A DNA stretch of 62,907 bases. Source: a virus. Lineage: Duplodnaviria > Caudoviricetes. Below the pieces are notes generated by a model that had not been told where the DNA came from, ran no database searches, and saw only the letters and a list, made by a program, of their open reading frames with translations. Position numbers and translations under genes: made by a program. Within the stretch, counting starts at the first letter, position 1. Each line of letters begins with the position of its first letter. Below, piece by piece: positions 29,533 through 38,949 of the stretch. Location of the stretch: positions 1 to 62,907 of IMG/VR virus record IMGVR_UViG_3300017967_000020; one strand, given 5' to 3'.

Positions 29533-29583
29533 GTTATATTCCACTATTTATTGTTGATAATTTCATTTTGAGGAGAATTGACA

Positions 29584-29811
29584 ATGAAACGTAAAAAGAA
29601 ACTTAGATTGCTTAAATTAGCAGAAGAGAAAGCAATGGCTGCTGAAAAAGCTAAACAAGAAGCTTTGGCTGCTGAAGCAGCAAAAAAAGCTGCTAAAGAA
29701 AAAGCTGCCAAAGAAGCTGCAGAAGCAAAAAGAAAATCAGAAGCAGAAGCAAAAAAGAAAGCTGCCGCTAAGAAGAAGGCATCTACAAAGAAGACTGCTG
29801 ATAAAGAATAA
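29584..29811 (+). CDS. Lys/Ala-rich small protein (histone H1-like composition)
   Basis: AAKKAAKEKAAKE..KKKAAAKKKASTKK; own late motif at 29543 and GAGGAG RBS. Confidence 0.55.
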   Translation: MKRKKKLRLLKLAEEKAMAAEKAKQEALAAEAAKKAAKEKAAKEAAEAKRKSEAEAKKKAAAKKKASTKKTADKE

Positions 29812-29859
29812 TCTTTTCTACTTCATCTTACTATTTATAGTTGAATGGAGGGACGCTAA

Positions 29860-31149
29860 ATGTCAAGGCCTACACTAACGCCAGTGCAGCAAACATCTGT
29901 AATAGTATTACCAGCAACTGGTACTGCTGGTAATGTTGCTGCTACTTTGCCTTTGGGTATGTATGCAACAGAAGGTGATTTTTTATCAGGAGCTGCAGAT
30001 CAAGTGGCTTACACTTACAAGAAATTGGGTGGAGATATTCTAGATATTGAAATCACAGAAGGAAACGTATATGCAAATTATGAAGAAGCGGTATTAGAAT
30101 ATTCTTATATCGTTAACACCCATCAGGCTAAGAATGTTTTATCGGATTTGCTTGGTACCACTACTGGATCATTTGATGCAGATGGGAGCCTTAAGAGTGG
30201 ATCTTTAAAAAATTCTCTTTCTGGAACAGGTGTTTCGCTTCGATTTCCTCGTTTTGAATTTGCATATGCTAGAAGGATTGCCGATGGTGTTGGGGTTGAT
30301 GCTGGGGTTGGCGGAAATGTTCCAATTTATTCTGCTTCATTTTCTGTAACTTCAGGGCAGCAAGATTATGATCTTCAAACTATATTAGAAGCTGCGTCCA
30401 CCGCAGGATTAGATAACGGTACAGGAAACGCAATTGATTGGGCTGGATTAGTTGGGAACAAGAAGATAGAGGTAAGAAAAGTATATTATAAGACTCCAAA
30501 CTCTATGTGGAGATTCTATGGATACTATGGTGGATTAAATGCCGTAGGAAACCTATCAAATTACGGACAGTGGAGTGATGACTCTACTTTTGAGATAATA
30601 CCTACTTGGCAAAATAAAATGCAAGCAATGGCATTTGAGGACGCTATATATACACGCAATTCTCACTTCTCATATGAGTTGAGAAATAATAAGATAAGAT
30701 TGTTTCCACCTCCGAACAGCGTTTCGGCAACAAAATATTGGATTGAATTTACGATTCCGCAAGAACCTTATCTTGGCAATGATCCAGATATTGGTATCTT
30801 GGGTGTTAATAATATGAACACTTTGCCATTTGAAAATGTTCCATTTGCCAAAATAAATGCAATTGGAAAACAGTGGATCAGGAGATATGCTTTGGCATTA
30901 TCTAAAGAAACATTAGGACAAGTTCGCTCGAAGTTTGGAAACTCAATTCCAATTCCGGGAGAACAAGTTTCTCTTAATGGTGATTCTCTTTTGTCACAAG
31001 CAAAGGAAGAGCAGAACGCTCTTAGAGAAGAATTAATTAAAGTCTTAGATGAATTGACTTACACCAAATTGTCTGAAGACGATAAAAACTTTATGGAAAA
31101 TGCTGCTGGACTTCAGAAAGCAATTCCTTTAACGATATTCATAGGATAA
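29860..31149 (+). CDS. Neck/head-tail adaptor protein (gp13-like)
   Basis: YKKLGGDILDIEIT and WIRRYALALSKETLGQVRSKF..IPG..LNG motifs; position after capsid; late motif at 29830. Confidence 0.8.
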   Translation: MSRPTLTPVQQTSVIVLPATGTAGNVAATLPLGMYATEGDFLSGAADQVAYTYKKLGGDILDIEITEGNVYANYEEAVLEYSYIVNTHQAKNVLSDLLGTTTGSFDADGSLKSGSLKNSLSGTGVSLRFPRFEFAYARRIADGVGVDAGVGGNVPIYSASFSVTSGQQDYDLQTILEAASTAGLDNGTGNAIDWAGLVGNKKIEVRKVYYKTPNSMWRFYGYYGGLNAVGNLSNYGQWSDDSTFEIIPTWQNKMQAMAFEDAIYTRNSHFSYELRNNKIRLFPPPNSVSATKYWIEFTIPQEPYLGNDPDIGILGVNNMNTLPFENVPFAKINAIGKQWIRRYALALSKETLGQVRSKFGNSIPIPGEQVSLNGDSLLSQAKEEQNALREELIKVLDELTYTKLSEDDKNFMENAAGLQKAIPLTIFIG

Positions 31150-31154
31150 TAAAA

Positions 31155-31913
31155 ATGAAACATAAATTAATAATGGAAAACTGGAGACGGTTTGTAAACG
31201 AAGAAGTTCAAGATGATTCTTGGAAGTATTATGGTGATGAAGGTAGAAGTGATGCCCAATTAAGAGCAGATCGAGATTGGAAAAGGGAATGGAATTCTAA
31301 GGCTGATCAAGATTTTTTCAAAAATGAAGTCAAGAAAGTTCATTGGGTAGGCGGAGTTCATAAGGTTGCTGACTCTAGCGCTCAAGAGCCTCAACTCATT
31401 GGTGACTTAAAGTCGTGGGGAAATATTACTTCTACACATAAAGATGAATTATCTTGTATTGGGTACTTAGGTTTGCCTATGGAAGATAGTTTGGGCATGG
31501 CTTTAGGGCTTTTGGTTGATGGCTACACATCTTATGCTGCTGCAGGTGACATACAAACTGAATGGACTTCTACCGCAGAAGAGGAAGATATTGAAAAACA
31601 TGCTTCATCCGGATTAGCAAAAAGAGCGAATATAAAAGATAATGCTATGTACGATAAAGAAACATTTGTAGAACCATCGCAATCTCCGGGCGGATATAAT
31701 GAATTAATTGTCGATAATTGGAAGGCTGTAGGTGTGGTACTCAAAGTTAATCACAGGTATTTTAAATGGATGTATAAAAATATGAAATCTGAAAAATTTC
31801 GAAATATCAAAGCAATTAGACAAAAAGAAATAAAAGATATCATGGAACATTGTAGATCTATGGGAATTCCTTTGCTAGATGCTAGCCTAGATCCAATTGA
31901 GGAGCAGGCGTAA
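31155..31913 (+). CDS. MKHxLIMENW-leader protein, ADP-ribosyltransferase-like cargo (tentative)
   Basis: Leader MKHKLIMENWRRFVNE; spaced VHW / ELSC / YNELIV motifs recall the ART core. Confidence 0.4.
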   Translation: MKHKLIMENWRRFVNEEVQDDSWKYYGDEGRSDAQLRADRDWKREWNSKADQDFFKNEVKKVHWVGGVHKVADSSAQEPQLIGDLKSWGNITSTHKDELSCIGYLGLPMEDSLGMALGLLVDGYTSYAAAGDIQTEWTSTAEEEDIEKHASSGLAKRANIKDNAMYDKETFVEPSQSPGGYNELIVDNWKAVGVVLKVNHRYFKWMYKNMKSEKFRNIKAIRQKEIKDIMEHCRSMGIPLLDASLDPIEEQA

Positions 31914-31916
31914 ATA

Positions 31917-32627
31917 ATGAAACATAGATTAATAATGGAAAACTGGAGACGTTTTGTGAACGAAGCAGCATTGGGTTTTGGTTCTGAAGGTTTATCTGAA
32001 CTTGGAGATATGACTTTTAGGATTGAAAATGATGGTGGATACTATACCATAAGGGCATTAGATGGTTCCGGATCTGAATTAGGGTTCGTAGATCTTGACG
32101 ATTCATATGCTTCTGATTGTGGAATCTTTGTTACTCATTCTGAAATTACAAATCCAGAAAAAGCATCTTTCGGCCCATTTCTTTATGATTTGGCGATAGA
32201 GTTAGGTACTTTGGTGGGATCGGGCGTAACGTCATCATCAAATCCAAGCGGACTTACCGCTACAGATTCGGAAAAAAGCAAATCTATGGCAATTAATGTT
32301 TGGACTTATTATTACGAGAGAAGAGCTGATATCACAAAATTTCCTTTAACTTGTGTTGCAATGCTAGATGGTAGATATATTTTGCACAAAGGAATGTACA
32401 TTTTCCCAGATCACAAGCATTCGCACATGATAATTAATACTGTAAAACAAGGAGATAAATATTCTCACAAAGATCCTCCCAGTAATCTATTAACTAGGGT
32501 TAATGCGATTAACCACTTCTATTCAAAAGATCCAATTTTCTTAGATCAACTTAAGGCTATGGGCAAATTAGAAGACACTGCAAATGTACTAGAAGAAGGA
32601 GCAAGACAGTATGTCAAAAAAGGATAA
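31917..32627 (+). CDS. MKHxLIMENW-leader protein, GNAT acetyltransferase-like cargo (tentative)
   Basis: Leader MKHRLIMENWRRFVNE; LGFVDL..FVTHS..KASFGPFLYDLAIE..MAINVWTYY resembles GNAT motifs A/B. Confidence 0.5.
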   Translation: MKHRLIMENWRRFVNEAALGFGSEGLSELGDMTFRIENDGGYYTIRALDGSGSELGFVDLDDSYASDCGIFVTHSEITNPEKASFGPFLYDLAIELGTLVGSGVTSSSNPSGLTATDSEKSKSMAINVWTYYYERRADITKFPLTCVAMLDGRYILHKGMYIFPDHKHSHMIINTVKQGDKYSHKDPPSNLLTRVNAINHFYSKDPIFLDQLKAMGKLEDTANVLEEGARQYVKKG

Positions 32628-33108
32628 CAAATGGAGCCAGCCAACAGCACCACCTCCTCCCTTATTCACAGGGAAGAAGGAACGTGATCTTGTTAAGCAA
32701 GTCAATGACGAAATCATCGAAAGAGTCATTGGGCAAACCATTGCATATTATCCTATTGATTATAACACAACTGACTTCCATCCAATCTATGGAGAAGCAA
32801 TTGAGAAGAACTTTCTTCCTCCAATCAGAGTCCAAGCGCTTATTGAATGGGAAGGAATTCAATCAGCATATACAGAGAAGATTGGAATCGATAAGCAATC
32901 AAGCATCACAATTCATTTCCACAAGAGAAGATTAACAGAAGATCAAGATCTATTTGTCAGAGAAGGAGACTTTGTTCTTTACGGAGACTTATTCTATCAG
33001 ATTGTGACTCTTATGGAACCAAAAAGACTATATGGACAGATTGAGCATAGATTAGAGATCAGTGCTAAATGTGTAAGAGCAAGACAAGGGGTATTCAATG
33101 GCGAATAA
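32611..33108 (+). CDS. Neck/head-closure protein (gp14-like)
   Basis: HPIYGEAIEKNF and VREGDFVLY motifs; position in the neck block. Confidence 0.65.
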   Translation: MSKKDNKWSQPTAPPPPLFTGKKERDLVKQVNDEIIERVIGQTIAYYPIDYNTTDFHPIYGEAIEKNFLPPIRVQALIEWEGIQSAYTEKIGIDKQSSITIHFHKRRLTEDQDLFVREGDFVLYGDLFYQIVTLMEPKRLYGQIEHRLEISAKCVRARQGVFNGE

Positions 33109-34021
33109 ATATGAAAATGGATTGAGCTTTCAGCCTTCAACAATTGAAACTATTGATATGGCAATGTACAAGTATATCACTGGACTAAACTTGCACACTA
33201 GCACCAATCAAGGATTCAAGCCGGTTCCAATTATATGGGTAGGCGCAGAAAGAACGTTTCAGATTAAAAATGATCTAACCTTAAGAGACAAAGAAGGGCT
33301 ATTGTCGATTCCAATTATCACAATCGAAAGAAAAGAGATGACTAGAGATCCTACAAAAGCACCAATTCCAGCCAATATTCCTGATTATAAAGATGGTGGC
33401 TGGATTCCTGTAAGAAGAAGAATTGTCCAAGACAAAACAAACAATTTCAAGTCTGCACAAAATATTCAAAAATATGGTGGAAATGATGATGTGGGTATTG
33501 ACGAAAAGTTTTTTAAACAAGAAAGAAAGTTTCCATCAAAAATTTCTCCAATGTTTGATACTCGCCCATTAAATGCTAAAGAAAAAGTTGTATATGAGAC
33601 GATATATATTCCTATACCGGTATATGTCATGGTTAAGTATGAAGTACACATAAGAACAGAATACATGCAACAAATGAACCAATTAATTACTCCTTTTATC
33701 TCTGGGCAATCTAGGCTTGGTAGAAATAGTAAATACTTTACACTATCTCATGATAATCATTTATTTGAGGGTTTTATTGATAACACTTTTGCCAATGAAA
33801 ATAATACTGCCAAATTAGATGAAGAAGAAAGAATATTTAATTCAACTTTAAACGTCGAAGTTTTAGGATATTTAATCGGCGCAAATGATAACGAAAACTC
33901 TAATATGGCAAAATCGTATGAAAGTATCGTAGATGTAAAAGTTTCGAGAGAAAGAGTAGCACTTTCTGATAAACACGATAGAACTAACAAGACTGGTACT
34001 GATCCTTTTTACAAAGAATAA
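33098..34021 (+). CDS. Tail terminator/sheath stabiliser (gp15-like)
   Basis: VPII..ER, IPIITIER and PVYV...YEV..TEY.QQMNQLI motifs; immediately before sheath. Confidence 0.65.
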   Translation: MANKYENGLSFQPSTIETIDMAMYKYITGLNLHTSTNQGFKPVPIIWVGAERTFQIKNDLTLRDKEGLLSIPIITIERKEMTRDPTKAPIPANIPDYKDGGWIPVRRRIVQDKTNNFKSAQNIQKYGGNDDVGIDEKFFKQERKFPSKISPMFDTRPLNAKEKVVYETIYIPIPVYVMVKYEVHIRTEYMQQMNQLITPFISGQSRLGRNSKYFTLSHDNHLFEGFIDNTFANENNTAKLDEEERIFNSTLNVEVLGYLIGANDNENSNMAKSYESIVDVKVSRERVALSDKHDRTNKTGTDPFYKE

Positions 34022-34057
34022 AAATGATTTTGTATAAATTCCTTTGCATAAAATAAT

Positions 34058-34074
34058 CACTATTTACTATGAAA
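34058..34074 (+). promoter_or_regulatory. Late promoter motif CACTATTTACTATGAAA (sheath)
   Basis: Identical 17-mer at 37075 before the tube gene. Confidence 0.7.
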
Positions 34075-34120
34075 GTTTTATAATAAAAACTATGACTGTT
34101 TTAACAAAGGAGAAAATGAC

Positions 34121-37030
34121 ATGTCAATTGATAAATTTAGATTTGTATCTCCCGGTGTTCAGATTGCCGAAATCGATCAATCTCGCAGAACTCGTCCTGC
34201 TGCAGAACCCGGCCCATTAATTATTGGACGATTCCAACGAGGCCCTACAATGCGCCCCGTAAAAGTAGACTCTTTGTTGGAGTTGTCAGAAATCTTTGGT
34301 GACGCAATTACTGGTAGAGAATCAGGAGATATTTCTCGTAATGGTAATTTCTCTGCACCTTCTTACGCAGCTTTTGCCGCTAATGCTTGGTTGGCTAATC
34401 AAGGTGGAGCCACTATTCTTCGTTTGGTTGGTAAACAATCGTCAACTGCTGAAGCTGGTTCAGGAGAAGCAGGCTGGAATGTGCCAACAAGTGGTACTGC
34501 TGGCGCTGGAAAAGGTGGAGCTTGGGGACTTTGGATTGTTCCTTCAGGCTCTGATGTTGCAACATTGACAGGCACTCTTGGTGCTGTTTTCTATTGTGAG
34601 GAAAATGTTGGTGTTGTTTTGTCTGGTACTCTAGGAAGTAGTGCAGATACAGGGCAAGCTGCCGGAACATTGGTTAAGTTTACAGATGGAAATTACAAAG
34701 CATTGGTAGTTAGCGGATCTGATGCGTCTTCTTCTGTTGAAAGTGCCCTAGAAACGTTTGCATTTAATTTCGATCCATCTTCTAGATTATTTGTAAGAAA
34801 AGTATTCAATACTACTCCCCACAATACAAATACTAGTGTTGTTGCCGCATCTGCAAATAATTCAGCGAAATATTGGCTTGGTGAAACTTTTGAAGATAAT
34901 GTTCAAAAATTAATTGCCGATCAATTGACTGGTAGTACAATTTGGGCATTCACTGCGCCATTGGTTTCTGGTTCTAAATATTATGGAGATCACACCTATG
35001 ATGCCCAACCTTCAAAAACTGGATGGATTATCGGACAAGATACTTCTGCCCTTACAGCATCATACAACCCAGAAAATATGCAAAAGCTTTTCCGCTTTGT
35101 TTCTTTAGAAGAAGCCGAATGGACACAAAGAAATTTGAAAATCTCTATTAGAAACATTCGTTTACCAAATGCTTCTTCTGATGCTAATCGATATGGGACT
35201 TTTGATGTTCAAATTCGCAATATGTCAGATACTGATGCTGCAATTCAGCCAGTTGAGTCTTATACTGGATTGAGCCTAAACCCTGCATCTCCAAATTATA
35301 TTGCTGCTCGTATTGGTGATCAATATGCAGAGTGGAGCGATACAGAAAAACGATATCGTTATTTTGGAGCTCATCCAAACATGTCCAAATATATTCGTGT
35401 TGAGATGGCATCAGAAGTTGATGAAGGATCTGTAACAGAAGAATTGGTACCATTTGGCTTTTTTGGAGCACCTAAGCCTGGATCTGTGACAATTACCAAT
35501 AAAGGCTCCGATGGCGATGGAGATACCGCTTGGCTGCAGTCTTGCAGTGCATCCGCTTTTGTGGTTGATGGTAACAATCTTGCTGCAAGAACAGCAGACT
35601 GTATTTTTATTAGTGGTGCCATTTCTTCTAGTATGACTGTCAAATATGAATGGCCTTCTTTAAAGTTGGTTGGATCATCTTCATTATCTAGCTTGTCAGA
35701 TCCTACAGATCGTTATTTTGGAATTGATTTCACAAGACAAGGTAGTTCTGTTGTTTTCGATAGCAGCTTTTATGATGTAAGCAAAGCAATGGCTAAAGAT
35801 ATTTCAAGCGATAATTGGGATAAATCAGGAGATATGGAACATTCTTTTGTTTTCTCTTTGGATGATGTTTCTGGTGCAATCGATGCCACACGTCCTGAAA
35901 CTGGATATATCTATGTATCTGGCTCTAGAGCACTAGGTACTTCTTGGACTGCCGTATCAGGTACTGAAGCAATTATCAATGCTGGGTATGATAAATTTAC
36001 AATGAATTTATATGGCGGCTTTGATGGACTTGATGTAACTGAAATGGAACCATTGATTAATAATCGTTCTGGAGTTATTGGCTCTACTGCTGCTACTTCT
36101 TATGAGAAATATACTCTAATGAGAGCAGTTGATACCGTAGCTGATCCTGAATTGGTTGATATGAATCTTTTGGCTATTCCCGGTGTAACTGATGCTGGAA
36201 TTACAGATCATATGATTTATACTTGTGAAAGACGTAGAGATGCTATGGCTGTCATCGATATTCCTAAAGCGTATACCCCACGCCACGAATCAAGCACAGC
36301 GTCAGAATCTTCCAGAAATGGAGTATCTAGTGGAAATACAGTAGCGGAAGCAGTTAACGCCATCAAACAAAAAGGCTATAATTCTTCCTATGCAGCCACT
36401 TATTATCCTTGGGTACAAGTTCGTGCTCCTATCACTGGATTGCCTACTTGGTGTCCACCTTCTGTAGTTGCTCTTGGTGCTATGGCATATGGACAAGCAA
36501 CACAAGCAGTATGGTTTGCTCCTGCAGGCTTCACTAGAGGTGGATTGTCTGAAGGGCGTGGTGGCTTGCCAGTTGTAGCAGTGTCTCAAAGATTGTCTTC
36601 GAAGAATCGTGACTCTCTTTATGAAAATAACATCAATCCTATCGCTCAATTTCCAGCAGAAGGTATTGTAATTTTCGGACAAAAAACACTTCAAGCAACT
36701 CCATCTGCTTTGGATCGCATCAATGTTCGAAGAATGATGATTTATATCAAGAAGAGAATTTCTAATATTGCTGCTAGATTGGTATTCCAGCCAAACATCA
36801 CTCAAACTTGGGGTAGATTTAACTCACAAGTTGTTCCTTTCTTGGAATCAGTGAAGGCTGGTTATGGCTTGGAAGACTTTAAAGTCGTTCTTGACACAAC
36901 TACTACTACTGCCGATCTTATTGATAGAAACACTATGTATGCTAAAATCTATGTAAAACCAACTAAAGCAGTTGAGTTTATTGCAATCGATTTTGTCGTA
37001 ACAAGCCAAGGTGCATCATTCGATGACTAA
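34121..37030 (+). CDS. Contractile tail sheath protein (gp18-like)
   Basis: FVSPGVQIAEID, WFAPAGFTRG, LYENNINPI, FGQKTLQ..SALDRINVRR and KPTKAVEFIAIDF. Confidence 0.97.
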   Translation: MSIDKFRFVSPGVQIAEIDQSRRTRPAAEPGPLIIGRFQRGPTMRPVKVDSLLELSEIFGDAITGRESGDISRNGNFSAPSYAAFAANAWLANQGGATILRLVGKQSSTAEAGSGEAGWNVPTSGTAGAGKGGAWGLWIVPSGSDVATLTGTLGAVFYCEENVGVVLSGTLGSSADTGQAAGTLVKFTDGNYKALVVSGSDASSSVESALETFAFNFDPSSRLFVRKVFNTTPHNTNTSVVAASANNSAKYWLGETFEDNVQKLIADQLTGSTIWAFTAPLVSGSKYYGDHTYDAQPSKTGWIIGQDTSALTASYNPENMQKLFRFVSLEEAEWTQRNLKISIRNIRLPNASSDANRYGTFDVQIRNMSDTDAAIQPVESYTGLSLNPASPNYIAARIGDQYAEWSDTEKRYRYFGAHPNMSKYIRVEMASEVDEGSVTEELVPFGFFGAPKPGSVTITNKGSDGDGDTAWLQSCSASAFVVDGNNLAARTADCIFISGAISSSMTVKYEWPSLKLVGSSSLSSLSDPTDRYFGIDFTRQGSSVVFDSSFYDVSKAMAKDISSDNWDKSGDMEHSFVFSLDDVSGAIDATRPETGYIYVSGSRALGTSWTAVSGTEAIINAGYDKFTMNLYGGFDGLDVTEMEPLINNRSGVIGSTAATSYEKYTLMRAVDTVADPELVDMNLLAIPGVTDAGITDHMIYTCERRRDAMAVIDIPKAYTPRHESSTASESSRNGVSSGNTVAEAVNAIKQKGYNSSYAATYYPWVQVRAPITGLPTWCPPSVVALGAMAYGQATQAVWFAPAGFTRGGLSEGRGGLPVVAVSQRLSSKNRDSLYENNINPIAQFPAEGIVIFGQKTLQATPSALDRINVRRMMIYIKKRISNIAARLVFQPNITQTWGRFNSQVVPFLESVKAGYGLEDFKVVLDTTTTTADLIDRNTMYAKIYVKPTKAVEFIAIDFVVTSQGASFDD

Positions 37031-37039
37031 TGGATAAAA

Positions 37040-37082
37040 AAATAGTGAGGGCAAGTGTTGTTTAAATTTGCCCTCACTATTT
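37040..37082 (+). other. 15-bp perfect inverted repeat overlapping the tube-gene late promoter
   Basis: AAATAGTGAGGGCAA (37040-54) / TTGCCCTCACTATTT (37068-82). Confidence 0.8.
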
Positions 37083-37115
37083 ACTATGAAACGAATTTAT
37101 TTGGAGGATTTATAA

Positions 37116-37817
37116 ATGGCTTTTTGGAATGAAAAAATAGTAGAACCTAAACGTAAGTTTAGATGGGAACTGCTAATTGATGGTATACCAGCTTGGACTA
37201 TCAAGAAAGTTAACCGCCCCAGTTATGAGGTGGCTGAAGCTGAACACAAATTTATTAATCATACGTTTTATTTTCCGGGACGTGTTACATATAACACCGT
37301 TTCTTTCACAATTGTAGATGTTGCAAATCCAGACGCAGCAGAAACTTTGAAGCAAATGCTTTATGCTTCAGGTTATGCCTTGCCTAAAGACGTACAACAA
37401 GCGACACAAACTATTACCAAACAAGCAGGAATCACAGCTCTTGGGGATGTTGTTATTTGTATGTTTGGCGGTGGTGGTATTGCTGATCCATCACAACCTA
37501 ATACTCGCCCAGGTACAGACTCATTCGGTGCTGGTGGTGGCGTGGTAGCTGATAGTGGTGCCAATGGCTATAATGACGAAGGAACAATTTTGGAATCTTG
37601 GAAATTATATAATGCTTGGATTAAAAAGATCGAGTTTAGTGAATTAGATTATGATGGAGATGATTTAGCAGAAATTACTATTGAACTTCGTTATGATTTT
37701 GCTGAATTGAACGGCACAGATGCAGTTGTACCGGGCACACTTAATGTTGATCCTGCTAGAAAACCAACTATGGGATATGGACAGCCTGTAGGTGATGTAC
37801 CGGCAAGACAAGACTAA
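37116..37817 (+). CDS. Tail tube protein (gp19-like)
   Basis: EPKRKFRW, YFPGRVTY and W.L.NAWI..IEFSELDY..EITIELRYD; follows sheath. Confidence 0.9.
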   Translation: MAFWNEKIVEPKRKFRWELLIDGIPAWTIKKVNRPSYEVAEAEHKFINHTFYFPGRVTYNTVSFTIVDVANPDAAETLKQMLYASGYALPKDVQQATQTITKQAGITALGDVVICMFGGGGIADPSQPNTRPGTDSFGAGGGVVADSGANGYNDEGTILESWKLYNAWIKKIEFSELDYDGDDLAEITIELRYDFAELNGTDAVVPGTLNVDPARKPTMGYGQPVGDVPARQD

Positions 37818-37842
37818 TAATTACATTCTCTTTGGAGGTTAA

Positions 37843-38700
37843 ATGAGAAATAACGACGAGAGAACAGGGGCTGTTGAACAACCTAACAGCCCTGCCCCTT
37901 CTCTACCACAAATGGGGCAAACGGGATTGAACTTTGTTTCACCAACAGAATTTGTTGAGATTCCGTCAAAAGGTAAGTTCTATCCATCTGGACATCCGCT
38001 ACATGGAGTGGAAGCAGTTGAGATTAGACACATGACAGCGAAAGAAGAAGATATTCTTTCATCGAAAACTCTGCTGAAACAAGGAGTTGCAATTGATCGC
38101 TTCTTGGAATCTGTATTAGTAGACAAGAGAATTACATCTGATCAACTTTTAGTTGGAGATAAAAATGCTCTTATTATCGCTGCAAGAATTTCTGGATATG
38201 GAAATGAATATAGTACTGCCGTGACTTGTCCGAACTGTACATCCCAGAACAAATGTGATATTGATTTGCTTGAAGCTAAGGATTCATATGACGGATCATA
38301 TGAAGAATCTGATGGAATTACTGGGCCGAATGAATTTGGATATTATTATATTACCCTTCCAGTGACAAAGGCTGTATTTGAAGTCAGACTTATGACTGGT
38401 AGAGAAGAAAAAGCATTTGCAAAAAGATTAGAACAACGTAGAAAAAGAAGGCAAGCAGAAGCAATGCTGACAGATCAATTTAAAACGTTTACTAATTCAA
38501 TCAATGGTGTAGGAGATCTAAAGCAAGTTTTTAGATTTATCGACAATCTTCCTGTTAGAGATTCTAAGTTTCTTCGTGATTCTTATATGAAAATCTCCCC
38601 TGCTCTTAATTTAAAGCATGATTTTGAATGCAGAGAGTGTGGATATGAACAGGAGGTTGAAGTGCCTATATCGGCACAGTTTTTTTGGCCTGACATCTGA
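37843..38700 (+). CDS. Baseplate hub assembly / tail chaperone (T4 gp26-like)
   Basis: EIPSKGKFY, MTAKEEDIL, LLVGDKNALIIAARISGYG, two CxxC pairs, ends FFWP. Confidence 0.75.
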   Translation: MRNNDERTGAVEQPNSPAPSLPQMGQTGLNFVSPTEFVEIPSKGKFYPSGHPLHGVEAVEIRHMTAKEEDILSSKTLLKQGVAIDRFLESVLVDKRITSDQLLVGDKNALIIAARISGYGNEYSTAVTCPNCTSQNKCDIDLLEAKDSYDGSYEESDGITGPNEFGYYYITLPVTKAVFEVRLMTGREEKAFAKRLEQRRKRRQAEAMLTDQFKTFTNSINGVGDLKQVFRFIDNLPVRDSKFLRDSYMKISPALNLKHDFECRECGYEQEVEVPISAQFFWPDI

Positions 38701-38881
38701 GTACATGGAACAAGTCTATGAGCAGTTTTTTCTTCTGAAATATTATGGAGGATGGAGTTTCATAGAGGCATATAGCCTTCCAGTTTCTTTGAGGACTTGG
38801 TTTCTAGAAAGATTGACTAAACAAATCAAAGATGAAGCAGAAGCCAATAAAAAAGCTATGCAAAAAGCCAAAAGGAAGTAA
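38681..38881 (+). CDS. Short chaperone-tail ORF (own ATG 38705 or +1 frameshift extension of the upstream gene)
   Basis: FFGLTSEYMEQVYEQFFLLKYYGGWSFIEAYSLPVSLRTWF in the +1 frame, overlapping the T7 run at the end of 37843..38700. Confidence 0.65.
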   Translation, partial: FFGLTSEYMEQVYEQFFLLKYYGGWSFIEAYSLPVSLRTWFLERLTKQIKDEAEANKKAMQKAKRK

Positions 38882-38909
38882 AGCGGAGATGAAAGTCTCT
38901 GCTTTCTTT
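38881..38909 (+). terminator. Rho-independent terminator
   Basis: AAGCGGAGAT-GAAA-GTCTCTGCTT-TCTTT; late motif follows at 38918. Confidence 0.7.
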
Positions 38910-38949
38910 GTATATACACTATTTATGATAAGGAATTTTGGGCTAATAT

